Source: Terriglobia bacterium
Lineage (GTDB): Bacteria; Acidobacteriota; Terriglobia; Acidiferrales; UBA7541
Reading direction: 5' to 3'
Length of the DNA stretch: 64,000 nucleotides
Assembly (NCBI GenBank): GCA_963695545.1
Contig: OY968796.1
Location: 960,001 to 1,024,000, forward strand
A program made the translations under genes and the position numbers. How positions within the stretch are numbered: position 1 is the stretch's first letter; each line of letters begins with the position of its first letter. Under the pieces are notes generated by a model. That model searched no databases. It was not told where the DNA came from and was given only the letters and a program-made list of their open reading frames with translations. Below, in pieces: positions 30,097 to 40,187 of this stretch.

Positions 30097-31734
30097 CTAC
30101 TTCCCCGCTTCCACCACAGCAACCGCGAAAGGTTCCAGCGTGAGGCGGTTGGACGTCAATTGTGCCGTGCTCGCCGCGGCGCCCGTAGAGGCGCTGATCG
30201 AAGTTACCTCGGCCCCGGCAAACTCCGCCGGCAATTCCACTTCCATCTGGCGCTGACGTTTGTTCACAATCAGCATTTTGCGCAAGCCGCCGCGCACAAA
30301 TGCCTGGGCATCGATATCTGTGTTGCCGGGAAATCGGGTGCTCACCAGCGTGTCACCAGCGGAGAAATGATCGTGAATCAACCGCAGCACCGTGAAACGC
30401 GCGTTGGGTTTTCCCGTAGCCCAATCGAGCATGGTCACGCTTGGAAACTGCGAAGGGAATCCGACCAGCTGCGATTCCCCGATCACGTCAATCCCGAGTT
30501 TCACCGTCTCGATATAGACGTACGTGTAGAGACACGCGGAGGCGTTCCAATACGCGTCAGGTATCGGTGGATCCGGCGCGTAGGGCGTGTCCGGATGCCA
30601 ATCCGTCGGCAAGATCGTGCCGATTTCGTCCAGCGTTGTCTGCGTCTCGGGCGATAATCGCTTGCGAATGGCCTCAATGTAGCGGACGTTTGAAATGAAA
30701 CGATCGGCCTGGTCAAATAACGTATATTGCCAGGCCTCCATGGGCTGACCTTTGGTCGGCTTCGCATAGAAATGATACGAAATCATATCCAGCGGGATGC
30801 CGGGCTTGTGATTGGCGTGATTCAGGAAATATTCAAACATCTCCGGATGGTATTCCGGATAGGCCAACGCGAGGCCGACAAACTTCATATGTGGATTCTG
30901 CGCCCGGATCGCTTCGACGATCGCGTCATAGCGCACCGTGTATTGCTCGGCGCTTGTGCCATGTTCGATGTCCGGCTCGTTTAAAACTTCCCAGTGCGAG
31001 ATCTCGAAATGATGGCCGGAGGAATGGAATTTGCCGTTCTCGTCCGTGAAACCTCCGTTTGTGTACCAGTTCACCAGACGCGCGTAGTAGTCCGCGACGT
31101 GGCGGCCGGTTGGATCCTGTAGCTCGTTTCCTTGCGTGTATTGCCAATCGACTTGATTCGGATCCGCCGGAATTTCAACAGGCTTATCCGCCTTGAAAAG
31201 CCACGCCGGAGCGGTGCTGAAATTCAGAATCACGGGATGCCCCGCAGTGGCTTGCAAGAAATCGAGCGTCATCGGATCGATCACGCTGAAATCCCACGAT
31301 GTGTGGTCGCTTGTCGGCGGCGCAAGTTCTGCGACGGCCAGCCTGGGATAGGGCGTCCAAGGAACGTATCGGACGAAATCGGCGCCTAGATCTTTCAGAT
31401 TTCCGAACACTGCGTCGTGAATCGGAGAGCCGTCGCGGAGAAGAGGATTTACGACCACTTGCAGCGTCGGCGTGCTTTTTGACGTTCCGGTCACATTATT
31501 CCAATCCACTTCGATCTTTACAGAATCCTGCTCTTGCGCGGCAAAGGCGCCGGCCGGAAAGGTCAGAACCATCAGGAGCAAGCAAAAGACCAGCAGTTTG
31601 GGATCGCGCCGAATGGGCTTCCCCCATGACGCAAAACGCGAAGCTGAGCGCGGGGGAAAACGCCTCGTTCGACACAGAAAAGCGACGGACGGTTCGCTGC
31701 GATCACCGGAAAGCCGCTCGGCAGGCTGGTGCAT
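30097..31734 (-). CDS. GH39-like (clan GH-A) glycoside hydrolase, secreted
   Basis: WEVLNEPD acid/base motif, LDMISYHFY, LDEIG nucleophile and a C-terminal beta-sandwich. Hydrophobic signal ending AFA; start uncertain. Confidence 0.75.
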   Translation of the reverse strand: MHQPAERLSGDRSEPSVAFLCRTRRFPPRSASRFASWGKPIRRDPKLLVFCLLLMVLTFPAGAFAAQEQDSVKIEVDWNNVTGTSKSTPTLQVVVNPLLRDGSPIHDAVFGNLKDLGADFVRYVPWTPYPRLAVAELAPPTSDHTSWDFSVIDPMTLDFLQATAGHPVILNFSTAPAWLFKADKPVEIPADPNQVDWQYTQGNELQDPTGRHVADYYARLVNWYTNGGFTDENGKFHSSGHHFEISHWEVLNEPDIEHGTSAEQYTVRYDAIVEAIRAQNPHMKFVGLALAYPEYHPEMFEYFLNHANHKPGIPLDMISYHFYAKPTKGQPMEAWQYTLFDQADRFISNVRYIEAIRKRLSPETQTTLDEIGTILPTDWHPDTPYAPDPPIPDAYWNASACLYTYVYIETVKLGIDVIGESQLVGFPSQFPSVTMLDWATGKPNARFTVLRLIHDHFSAGDTLVSTRFPGNTDIDAQAFVRGGLRKMLIVNKRQRQMEVELPAEFAGAEVTSISASTGAAASTAQLTSNRLTLEPFAVAVVEAGK

Positions 31735-31912
31735 TACGGTCGAGGCATACTATATTCCCAGTGGAAACCATTGCAATAGGGACTTAGGCCTCTGGCCTCG
31801 GTCGCACGCGCGATCGGGCGCATTTTCAGGCACTTCTAGCCGTTCGATGGGCTCCTGCGGCTTTGGCTCGAAGCCTCAAGTAATCGCGCCGCTCGCAGGG
31901 AGGACATTAGCC

Positions 31913-33349
31913 ATGCCTTCAGATATGTCGCGATTGCGCATCGGACTTTTTTCTATCGGTCTCGATGCGTACTGGCCACAGTTCGCCGGGCTGAAGCAGC
32001 GCCTGGAAGGCTACACCCAGGAAGTTGCGGCGAAGCTCGGCGCCAGCGGTGCGGAGCTCATCAATTTTGGCCTGGTGGATTCTCCGCAAATGGCCATGCG
32101 CGTCGCGCACGAACTGCGCGCTTCGGATGCCGACGTGGTGCTCCTCTACGTGACGACCTACGCGCTCTCGGCGACGGTTTTGCCTATTTTGCGCCACGCG
32201 AAAATTCCGGTGATCGTGCTGATGCTGCAGCCGGAAGCCGCGATCGATTACGCAGCATTCAATCGCCTCGAGGACCGCACGAAAATGACCGGCGAGCGGC
32301 TAGCCTATTGCTCCGCCTGCCCTGTGCCGGAAATCGCCAACGTTCTCGCTCGCGCCGGCGTACCGTTCCACCAGGTGACCGGTGTTCTCCACGGCGATCC
32401 AGCATGCTGGGCTGAAGTGCAGGAGTGGGTCGCCGCAGCCCAGGTGGCCAAGACGCTCAGCCACAATCGGCTGGGCCTCATGGGCCACTATTACAACGGC
32501 ATGCTGGACATCGTGACCGACTACACGCAACTGTGCATCACCTTCGGCGGCCACGTGCAGTTGCTGGAAGTCGACGAGCTAAGCCGGCTTCGACAAGACG
32601 TCTCCGACAAGGAAATCGAGCAGCGCATCGAAGTGTTCCGTCGCGAATTTGATATTCAGAAGGACTGCCCCGAAAGCGAGTTGCAGCGCGCGGCCCGAAC
32701 CTCGGTGGCGCTCGATCGTCTGGTGGAGAAAAATGAACTGACTTCGATGGCCTACTACTACCAGGGCTCCGGAATTGCCGCGAACGAAGATACGATGAGC
32801 TCCATTATTCTCGGAACTTCTCTATTGACCGCGCGAGGCGTCCCCGTCGCCGGCGAGTACGAGGTGAAGAACGCGTTGGCCATGAAAATCATGGACAGTT
32901 TTGGCGTGGGCGGCTCTTTCACGGAATACTACGCCATCGATTTTTCGACGGATCAAGTTTTGATGGGCCATGACGGGCCAGGCCATGTGGCCATCGCGCA
33001 AGGCAAAACGAAAGTTCGCCCGCTGCGCGTCTATCACGGAAAAGTCGGACAGGGATTGTCTGTCGAGATGTCCGTGAAATTCGGGCCGGTCACGCTTCTT
33101 TCCGTGGTCGAGGACCGCGCGAAAGGATTTAAGCTGGTCGTGGCCCAAGGGCAATCCGAGCCCGGCCCCATTCTTGAAATCGGGAATACCAACAGCCGAT
33201 ATCGGTTCCCCGGCGGCGCCAGAAAATTCATGAACGATTGGAATCGCCAGGGCCCCGCGCACCATTGCGCCGTCGGAATCGGCCACATCGCCAGCAAATT
33301 GGAAAAATTGGCCAGCTTACTTTCGATCGACCTAATCCAAGTGTGCTGA
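31913..33349 (+). CDS. L-fucose/L-arabinose isomerase family protein (second, divergent paralogue)
   Basis: GLDAYWPQF, YVTTYALS, GHYYNGMLD, PVAGEYE, MGHDGPGH, IGNTNSRY and GPAHHCA; GGGAGGA RBS before ATG 31913. Confidence 0.85.
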   Translation: MPSDMSRLRIGLFSIGLDAYWPQFAGLKQRLEGYTQEVAAKLGASGAELINFGLVDSPQMAMRVAHELRASDADVVLLYVTTYALSATVLPILRHAKIPVIVLMLQPEAAIDYAAFNRLEDRTKMTGERLAYCSACPVPEIANVLARAGVPFHQVTGVLHGDPACWAEVQEWVAAAQVAKTLSHNRLGLMGHYYNGMLDIVTDYTQLCITFGGHVQLLEVDELSRLRQDVSDKEIEQRIEVFRREFDIQKDCPESELQRAARTSVALDRLVEKNELTSMAYYYQGSGIAANEDTMSSIILGTSLLTARGVPVAGEYEVKNALAMKIMDSFGVGGSFTEYYAIDFSTDQVLMGHDGPGHVAIAQGKTKVRPLRVYHGKVGQGLSVEMSVKFGPVTLLSVVEDRAKGFKLVVAQGQSEPGPILEIGNTNSRYRFPGGARKFMNDWNRQGPAHHCAVGIGHIASKLEKLASLLSIDLIQVC

Positions 33350-33417
33350 GTCCGGGCCCGCCCCGCAGCGCGAATTCCCAATTTTCGCTTTCCGCAGATC
33401 GAGAAGGACTTCGTCAT

Positions 33418-34860
33418 CTATCTTCCCCTTCGGGCTTCCGTTGCGAGCGACCTGATGACGACGGCACTCATTCGCGGCACGGTCACAAGTGCATCGTGAA
33501 TGTGTTCGGCGCTCGTCGGCGTCCATCTTCCGTCCGCGTTGACTGAGGCGCCTCCGAACGTGACTCCGCTCCTGCTGTCGGACGAAGGCGCAAGCAGCCG
33601 GTGCGCGATCGCCCTGCCCATTCCCAGTTCCGCGATGGAAATCTCTGCATCCTGCGACCTATCCCGGTTTACAACGACAACGGTGCGCGGCTTTCCGCCC
33701 GCTCCGCAGACGTAGATGGTGAGATTGATGCCTTGAGGATCAAAGTCGATCAGCAGAATCTCCGGGGAGCCGGCGACCGCCGCGACAAACGCGAGCATGC
33801 CGTAATACGGAACGCCGGCCGTGTTGATGCCAGCGCCATCATCCTCGATCGGCGAGTACGAGCTGATGAACCCGAGTTGGTTTACGCCGGTCTCCATGTT
33901 CACGCCGGAGCAGCCATACTGCGCGAGCAAAAGCATGTAATCGAGCGTCCACAGAGCGCCGAGCATGGTGTCGCTCACGCCCGGTAGTCCACCCCCGGAA
34001 AAAGAGTTGGTCTCACACATCCGCCAGGGAATGCCGCCCTCCACGGATGCGCGGCCCAGGCGTTCGAGCTTCGTCTTAAGATTCGCGTCCGGATAGGTCA
34101 GTTCGTCGGCTGATCCTTGCTTCTGTCCGCCACGGTAGTAGTGAGTCGTGAGTAGTTGGACTTCACCTTTTGCGTCCTCAGCCATGCGCTCAACCCACTC
34201 CACCGACGTTGCCGTATCCGGCGCGGCAAAGCGCACCCCGGGAACGGACTTCGCAATGGCATCGTGCCACGCGTCATATTCGGTGCGATACGCCTCATAC
34301 GTATACGGGGGCGCTCTCAAGGGCTTTATACCCTTGCCGTAGTTATCCACCTCGTTTCCAATCTCGATGGCGTCCAGGCGCGAGCCGAAAACGCCGACAA
34401 CATCTTTCGCTTCCTCGATCGCCTCAGTAAGCGAACCCTGTCCGAAGTTCAAGCACCAAATTACGGTCCAGCCCGTTTTCTCGAGAAATCCGTTCAGCTG
34501 CTCGAGGCTTGCCCGCGTGATGACGGTATTCTTCGGCTCCGCGACGCTCTGGCCCTCGGCATCGTACCGGCTGAAATCGGACACAATGCCGCCGATTCGC
34601 GCAACGCCTTTACCGCCCAGATTGCTCACGAGCTGCACATACCTGGCGTTGGTTACGCTCAATAGACCGGTCACAGCGGCCGAAGATTTCTCATAGCCCA
34701 GGCCGATGAAGTTTGCGGGCACATATGCGAGAGCGCCCGCGTGTCGCAGACGAATCGAAACAGGCGCGATTGTGCGCCCCCAACCCCGCACAGCTCGGCA
34801 GACCGCCAGGCCTGCCGACATCCTGGCTGCCGTGCTCAAGAACATTCTACGATTCAGCAT
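33418..34860 (-). CDS. GH79 beta-glucuronidase-like protein, Tat-exported
   Basis: NRRMFL Tat motif; FIGLGYE, RIGG, IEIGNEVD, THYY, MCETNS, GVSDT..ALWTLDY and YYGML. Confidence 0.88.
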   Translation of the reverse strand: MLNRRMFLSTAARMSAGLAVCRAVRGWGRTIAPVSIRLRHAGALAYVPANFIGLGYEKSSAAVTGLLSVTNARYVQLVSNLGGKGVARIGGIVSDFSRYDAEGQSVAEPKNTVITRASLEQLNGFLEKTGWTVIWCLNFGQGSLTEAIEEAKDVVGVFGSRLDAIEIGNEVDNYGKGIKPLRAPPYTYEAYRTEYDAWHDAIAKSVPGVRFAAPDTATSVEWVERMAEDAKGEVQLLTTHYYRGGQKQGSADELTYPDANLKTKLERLGRASVEGGIPWRMCETNSFSGGGLPGVSDTMLGALWTLDYMLLLAQYGCSGVNMETGVNQLGFISSYSPIEDDGAGINTAGVPYYGMLAFVAAVAGSPEILLIDFDPQGINLTIYVCGAGGKPRTVVVVNRDRSQDAEISIAELGMGRAIAHRLLAPSSDSRSGVTFGGASVNADGRWTPTSAEHIHDALVTVPRMSAVVIRSLATEARRGR

Positions 34861-35125
34861 GTGGCGCGCCGCCAGCCATCAACGCAATCTGAGCGCGAAA
34901 TTTCCCCTCGTCAAATTGGGGCCTCGCGAACGGGAGGGCTTAACTCCCTCCTCTCCGCCATTCACTCAAACTAGAGCACTTTGCATTGGTGTCGTGCAAG
35001 CTGTCGCACCCCCGATTTCCGCCGCCTTGCGTCTTCTCCGCGGCGAGGAACATTTCGAGCGGCGCCCAAGAATGCGCACCCAAGCCGGGTACAATCGCGT
35101 CCAATCAGGAAGGAGAAAATCGACC

Positions 35126-36580
35126 ATGAACCCCGCCAGAATCCGGGCTTGCGCCAAACCGATGCGCTGCTTTCTCGGTGCGCTTCTGTGCTTGCTGCTC
35201 AGTGGTTCGCTATTCGCGCAAGCGCCGAATGCGAAAAGCCGGACAGACTTGCTATCCCAATTCAGCAGCGAACTCGACGCTCTTACGTTGCGCGTGTCCC
35301 CGTCCGTCGTTCAAATTCAGGTGACTGGATTTCAAGCCGTGAACGAAGGGAACGCAAACGACACAGCCGTGGTGGCCCGAAGCCGCGTTCTGGGATCCGG
35401 CGTGATCGTCGATCCGAATGGTTACATCATCACCAACGCGCATGTGGTCAGAGGCGCGCAACGAGTGCGCGTTTTTCTCACGGCCGCGCCGGCTGGCTCG
35501 CAGGTGGGCGCCAGCCTCGGTCTCACCGATCGATTGCCGCCGATGGACGCGAAAATCGTCGGCGTCGACCCGGCCATCGATTTAGCCCTTCTCAAGATCG
35601 ACGCCACGGGACTCCCCGCTCTCTCGTTCGCCGACTACAGCAAGCTCGAAAAAGGCCAAATCGTGCTCGCATTCGGCAATCCCGAGGGCTTTGAGAATTC
35701 CGTCACCATGGGCGTCGTCAGCGCGGTTGCCAGACAAGTGGATCCCAGCGTTCCATCCGTTTACATTCAAACCGACGCGCCCATCAATCCGGGCAACAGC
35801 GGCGGTCCGCTGATCGATACGGATGGCAAAATCGTTGGAATCAACACGCTGATTGTGAGTGAAAGCGGCGGAAGCCAGGGCCTTGGTTTTGCAATCCCCA
35901 GCTTTGTGGTCGAGTTCGTTTACGGGCAACTCCGCCAATACGGCCACGTCCACCACATCGTGATCGGCGTCGAACTTCAGTAGATCAGTTCCGACCTCGC
36001 GCAAGGTCTCGGCCTCAGCCAGCAGGAAGGTGTGATCGTGTCTGACGTCGAGCCGGGCGGTCCCGCGGACAAAGCCGGTCTTCAGATCGCGGATATCCTC
36101 GAGAGTCTCGACGGAAGTTCTCTTGGCAGCGTGCCATTGGCTAAGATGATCATCGCCACGCAGGCCAGCGACGCCGTGCTGCAAGCCGTGGTCTTGCGCG
36201 GCACTCAGAAATTGACGCTTCAGATTCCAGTCAAGGAAGATCGCAGTGATGTCGACCAGATCGTCGATCTCTCCGACCCCAGCAAATCGCTGGTCACCAG
36301 GCTCGGCATCTTCGGCGTCGAAATCGACGGCAAGCTAGCCGCCAGCTTACCGGATCTGCGCCGCCCTTCCGGCGTGATCGTCGCGGCCCTCGCGGCAAAT
36401 TCGCTGGGGATCGAGACCGACCTACAGCAAGGAGACGTGATCCACGCTCTCAATGGGAAACCGATTACGACTTTGGACGATTTGCGATCCGGTCTCCGCG
36501 GAGTCCCGGCCGGCACGCCCACCGTCCTGCAAATTGAACGTGATGGCATATTCATCTACGTAGCGTTCGAGTTGGAGTAG
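35126..36580 (+). pseudogene. htrA: HtrA/DegP serine protease (trypsin + 2 PDZ) interrupted by an in-frame TAG at 35981-35983
   Basis: Catalytic triad motifs TNAHVV, DLALLK and INPGNSGG. The frame continues through the stop as IGVELQ*ISSDLAQGLGLSQQEGVIVSDVEPGGPADKAGL (PDZ1) to the stop at 36580. Confidence 0.85.
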
Positions 36581-36651
36581 GCGCGAAGCTCGGACTGAAC
36601 CGAGAAGCAAAGCGAACCGACATTCCATCCGTGGTTGTCAAACGTGCTCGC

Positions 36652-38214
36652 CTATCTGTTCGGCGGCCGAAAGCATCCCTGGCCGTTCAACTCTCCGGCC
36701 TTCAATTCGCGCAAGCACAGCTTCGTCTGATCCGCCGCGTCACACTGGCAGATTTCCGCCATCGGCAAATCTCCCGGCCGCACAACATATCGCCCCGTTT
36801 CCATCAGCGATGAATCGTCCGCCGACGTCGTGACCATCGCGTTCTCCGGCAAAGCGCGAATCCGGAATTGTCGCGACGCCGGTTCATAATCCTCGTAGGA
36901 AAAGCAGTGATCAATGCACGCGCGATCCACGATGTGCCCGATGTACGAGATTCCCAAAGAATTTCCGTCGATCGCGCTCGCAGGGGTTTCACCATGAGCC
37001 TCACGCAGCGGAAACCAAATCGACGCAGTCACCCTCTGTCCGCGCGGCAGCCCGCGCACCAATTGCGAGGCCTGCGATTCCATCCGGCTCAATGTTCCGG
37101 TGTCCTGATGCACCCACACGAAAAAAACGGCCGCGCAAAGCGCAAGCCCAACCAGATACCGGCGCCGCGGCTCGAGGCACGCCACGATGCTCAAAGCCAG
37201 TACGGCGGTGGTCGATGTTAGTCGCGGTACCAGCAAAGCGGCGGGCGCTCCGTAATGCGGCAAATAGATATCGTTCGGCAAAATCGCTGCGGCAAAAACC
37301 GATGCGGTCCACAGCTCAAGCGGCGCGCGAAACGCCCATCGTGTCCCGGTTGTCTTTCGATCGATTAGCAACCCGAACAGGACCGTCGCCAGGCTCAGCA
37401 CGAACACGATGCCCGCAAGCCACAGATATCGCGGGCTGAACAGAATGATCTGATCCGCGCCGGTGTAAAAATAAAAGTGCGCCATCTCCGTGGGACCCGT
37501 CCGGAAGCGATGCATCACGAATGTTCGCGCGCCCAAAATCGCCACGAACGCCGCGGCCGTCAGCAGCCAACGCCAGGCTCCTCGCAGCGCCGCCGCTATT
37601 TTGACGTACATGACGATTCCCACCAGCCACACTAGACCCAGCGGATGCGCGACGAACGCGAGTGCTGCGAGTGCGATTCCTACGATCCAATCCACTTCCC
37701 GCCCTCTCCAAAAAAGCGCCGCGCCTGCGAACGCGAACCCCAGCGACACGTAGTAATTCATAAAACCCATATGAAACGTCCATCCATAGGCCACCATCGC
37801 AATACCCGGCACGAGGAACCAGGGAGCACGCCGTGCCGCGGCGCTCATGAAAGCGAACGCGCCCCAGAAAAAAATCAGCACGCACGCCGACACGGCGATT
37901 TTCTCCGCCCAACCGAGGCCCACTACACCCGCTAGCTTCATCAGGACCACGTCAAACAGCACGTTGTCCCACCGGTTCGCGATGTAGAGTCCGGGCGCTT
38001 GTCCCCGTTCGATTAGTTGCGAGAGCCACGCGTTGTAGATGTGGCTGGCCAAATCGCCGGCCTCGATTCTCGCGTGCCAGTAGCACGGCACCAGTAGCGC
38101 AGCCGAAATCGCCGCCATTCGCCCGTAGCGCTCTTTCACCAGGCGCAACGCCGCGCCGATCGCGGATTCGCCGCTCGTCGGCTCTCGCACGTTATCCTTA
38201 TTTCTTGGCTCCAC
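36652..38214 (-). CDS. Multi-pass integral membrane protein (possibly GT-C glycosyltransferase-like)
   Basis: More than 10 hydrophobic segments, a DLASH motif in the first loop, a Cys-containing C-terminal soluble domain, and a position next to EPS genes. Function is inferred. Confidence 0.6.
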   Translation of the reverse strand: MEPRNKDNVREPTSGESAIGAALRLVKERYGRMAAISAALLVPCYWHARIEAGDLASHIYNAWLSQLIERGQAPGLYIANRWDNVLFDVVLMKLAGVVGLGWAEKIAVSACVLIFFWGAFAFMSAAARRAPWFLVPGIAMVAYGWTFHMGFMNYYVSLGFAFAGAALFWRGREVDWIVGIALAALAFVAHPLGLVWLVGIVMYVKIAAALRGAWRWLLTAAAFVAILGARTFVMHRFRTGPTEMAHFYFYTGADQIILFSPRYLWLAGIVFVLSLATVLFGLLIDRKTTGTRWAFRAPLELWTASVFAAAILPNDIYLPHYGAPAALLVPRLTSTTAVLALSIVACLEPRRRYLVGLALCAAVFFVWVHQDTGTLSRMESQASQLVRGLPRGQRVTASIWFPLREAHGETPASAIDGNSLGISYIGHIVDRACIDHCFSYEDYEPASRQFRIRALPENAMVTTSADDSSLMETGRYVVRPGDLPMAEICQCDAADQTKLCLRELKAGELNGQGCFRPPNR

Positions 38215-38406
38215 GCTATTCGCCTGCGTATTGCTTCGCGCCGTCTTCCAACGCGCTCGGGCGTCCGTATATTACAGGAAGCCCGACATCCGCCGTGATT
38301 CGCTGACCTGGCTTCATTCGGCAGGAACTGCGCCAAAGATTTTCCCGTTTTCCCACAACGCTGATCGCAACTTGTGGCATTCTGAAACAGCCTCGCCCGC
38401 GCCTAA

Positions 38407-39159
38407 ATGCCCGCAGATCACAACTGGCTCGCGCCCCCGAATGCGATTCTTCCGCAGGGCGGAGAATTGCACGTGTGGCGCGCGAGCCTCGCCGCGAATC
38501 CCGAGGCCATCGCGCATTTTGCCGCCACGCTCTCACCCGACGAAAACAATCGCGCCGAACGATTCTACTCACCGGAACATCGGGACGCGTTCGTCGCGGC
38601 GCATGGAATCTTGAGGGACATTCTGGGACGCGCGGTCGCGCGAGTGCCCTCCGCGCTGGTGTTTTCAACCAGCCGCTACGGTAAACCGCGCTTCGCGCCC
38701 GGCTCGGATCTTGAGCACGTGCATTTCAATCTCTCACATTCCGGCGGACGCGCGCTCTACGCCATTACGCAAATTGGGGAGGTCGGAGTCGATCTCGAAA
38801 AAATCCGGCCATTGCCGGACATGCCCTCGATGGTGCCGAGAGTTTTTTCTCCACGGGAGGCGCCCCTTTTTCTATCGCTTCCGCCATCCATTCAGGCCGA
38901 GGCCTTTTTCACTTGTTGGACGCGCAAGGAAGCGTATCTAAAAGCTCGGGGCGAGGGTTTCGCGATCGAGCCCTCGTCATTCGAGGTCACATTTGCTCCG
39001 GGCGCGCCGGCGGCCATCGTCGGAGAAGAATACTCCGCGTGGTCTCTTCGGGAACTCGCTCCGGCATCCGGCTACGCTGGCGCCGTCGCGGTGAGAGCCG
39101 CCGCCTTCGATCTGAAGTTGTGGGATTGGCAGGCGGCAGAGAAGAATCGAACCCGCTGA
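38407..39159 (+). CDS. Sfp-type 4'-phosphopantetheinyl transferase
   Basis: LSPDE..RA, YGKP, FNLSHS, VGVDLE and WTRKEAYLKA.G.G. Confidence 0.93.
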   Translation: MPADHNWLAPPNAILPQGGELHVWRASLAANPEAIAHFAATLSPDENNRAERFYSPEHRDAFVAAHGILRDILGRAVARVPSALVFSTSRYGKPRFAPGSDLEHVHFNLSHSGGRALYAITQIGEVGVDLEKIRPLPDMPSMVPRVFSPREAPLFLSLPPSIQAEAFFTCWTRKEAYLKARGEGFAIEPSSFEVTFAPGAPAAIVGEEYSAWSLRELAPASGYAGAVAVRAAAFDLKLWDWQAAEKNRTR

Positions 39160-39256
39160 GCGATTCGGTCCGTCAAAATTTTAGAGAGGCGATCGGAACC
39201 GCCGTGTTTTGGGCGCGCCGGCGTGGAACTTCTGCCGGCCGCCACGTCCGCAGCGG

Positions 39257-40171
39257 TCACTCGGTAAGATGGAGCGCCGAGTTCCTATCCGCACCGTAAG
39301 CGTATGCGTAATCTTCGTATCCAGGTATGGCTTCCACACGATTCAAAACCACGCCGATGAGATTCTTTTCCAGAAATTCATTGCACGCCTTCTGCGCGAG
39401 ATGGACGTCGGTGCCGTTGGCCTTAACAACCACCAACACGCCATCGCAATGGGATGCCATCATGGAAGCGTCCGCCACGGGCACAACCGGCGGAGAATCG
39501 ATCAGGATCCAATCGAAGATGGGCGCGACGAGGTCGAGCAGTTGCTTGAATTCCGGACCGGAAAGCAGATCGCTCGGCTCGCGGGCCGACCTCGATGACC
39601 CCCCGGGAATCAGACAGAGATTCTCGACAGGGCCGAATTGAATAGCCGAAAAAAGATCCGCTGCTCCACCGAGAAAATCGCTCAAGCCGGGCGATGCGGG
39701 AGCTCCCAACGTCGTGTGCTGGCGCGGAGCGCGAAGATCGCCGTCAATGATCAAAACGCGGCGATCGCGCTGCCTGACCAATGACTGCGCCAGGTTACTC
39801 ACCGCGAATGTTTTCCCTTCACCGGCCACCGCACTGGTGACCAAAATTGTCTTCAACCGCTTCGACTCGCGAATCTGATAGAGCCGCGACCGAAGCGTGC
39901 GAAACTGTTCGGCCGCCAGCGACGATCGGCCGCTGTCCACAAACACGTTGGCGTTTGCATCCATTTTCCAGGCGGGATGAGCGCATTTATCTTTCAGTTC
40001 GTTGAAGCGCAGTATTTCGGGCAAGCTCATGCCGCTGTCGCCGGCGAATAACGGCCGCCTGGCGTGCGGCACTTCACCGGCCCGCTCCGGCTCGGAAGAA
40101 GTGGCCACGCTCCCGGCGTTCGCCGCCTTCTCTTCTTCCGCCTTCTTCAACGCATCGTGGATGCGGCTCAT
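39257..40171 (-). CDS. CpsD/CapB (Wzc C-terminal) protein-tyrosine kinase
   Basis: MSRIHDALKKA, EQFRTLRS, TSAVAGEGKT, IDGDLR, LIDSPP and a C-terminal Tyr cluster YEDYAYAY. Confidence 0.93.
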   Translation of the reverse strand: MSRIHDALKKAEEEKAANAGSVATSSEPERAGEVPHARRPLFAGDSGMSLPEILRFNELKDKCAHPAWKMDANANVFVDSGRSSLAAEQFRTLRSRLYQIRESKRLKTILVTSAVAGEGKTFAVSNLAQSLVRQRDRRVLIIDGDLRAPRQHTTLGAPASPGLSDFLGGAADLFSAIQFGPVENLCLIPGGSSRSAREPSDLLSGPEFKQLLDLVAPIFDWILIDSPPVVPVADASMMASHCDGVLVVVKANGTDVHLAQKACNEFLEKNLIGVVLNRVEAIPGYEDYAYAYGADRNSALHLTE

Positions 40172-40187
40172 ACTTTTTTCCTCCGCT

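Noticed and set aside
35981..35983. Genome-wide amber recoding or pyrrolysine
   Set aside because: TAG is the normal stop of many intact genes here (TonB receptor, GH29, lpdA, E2), and no pyl genes are visible.
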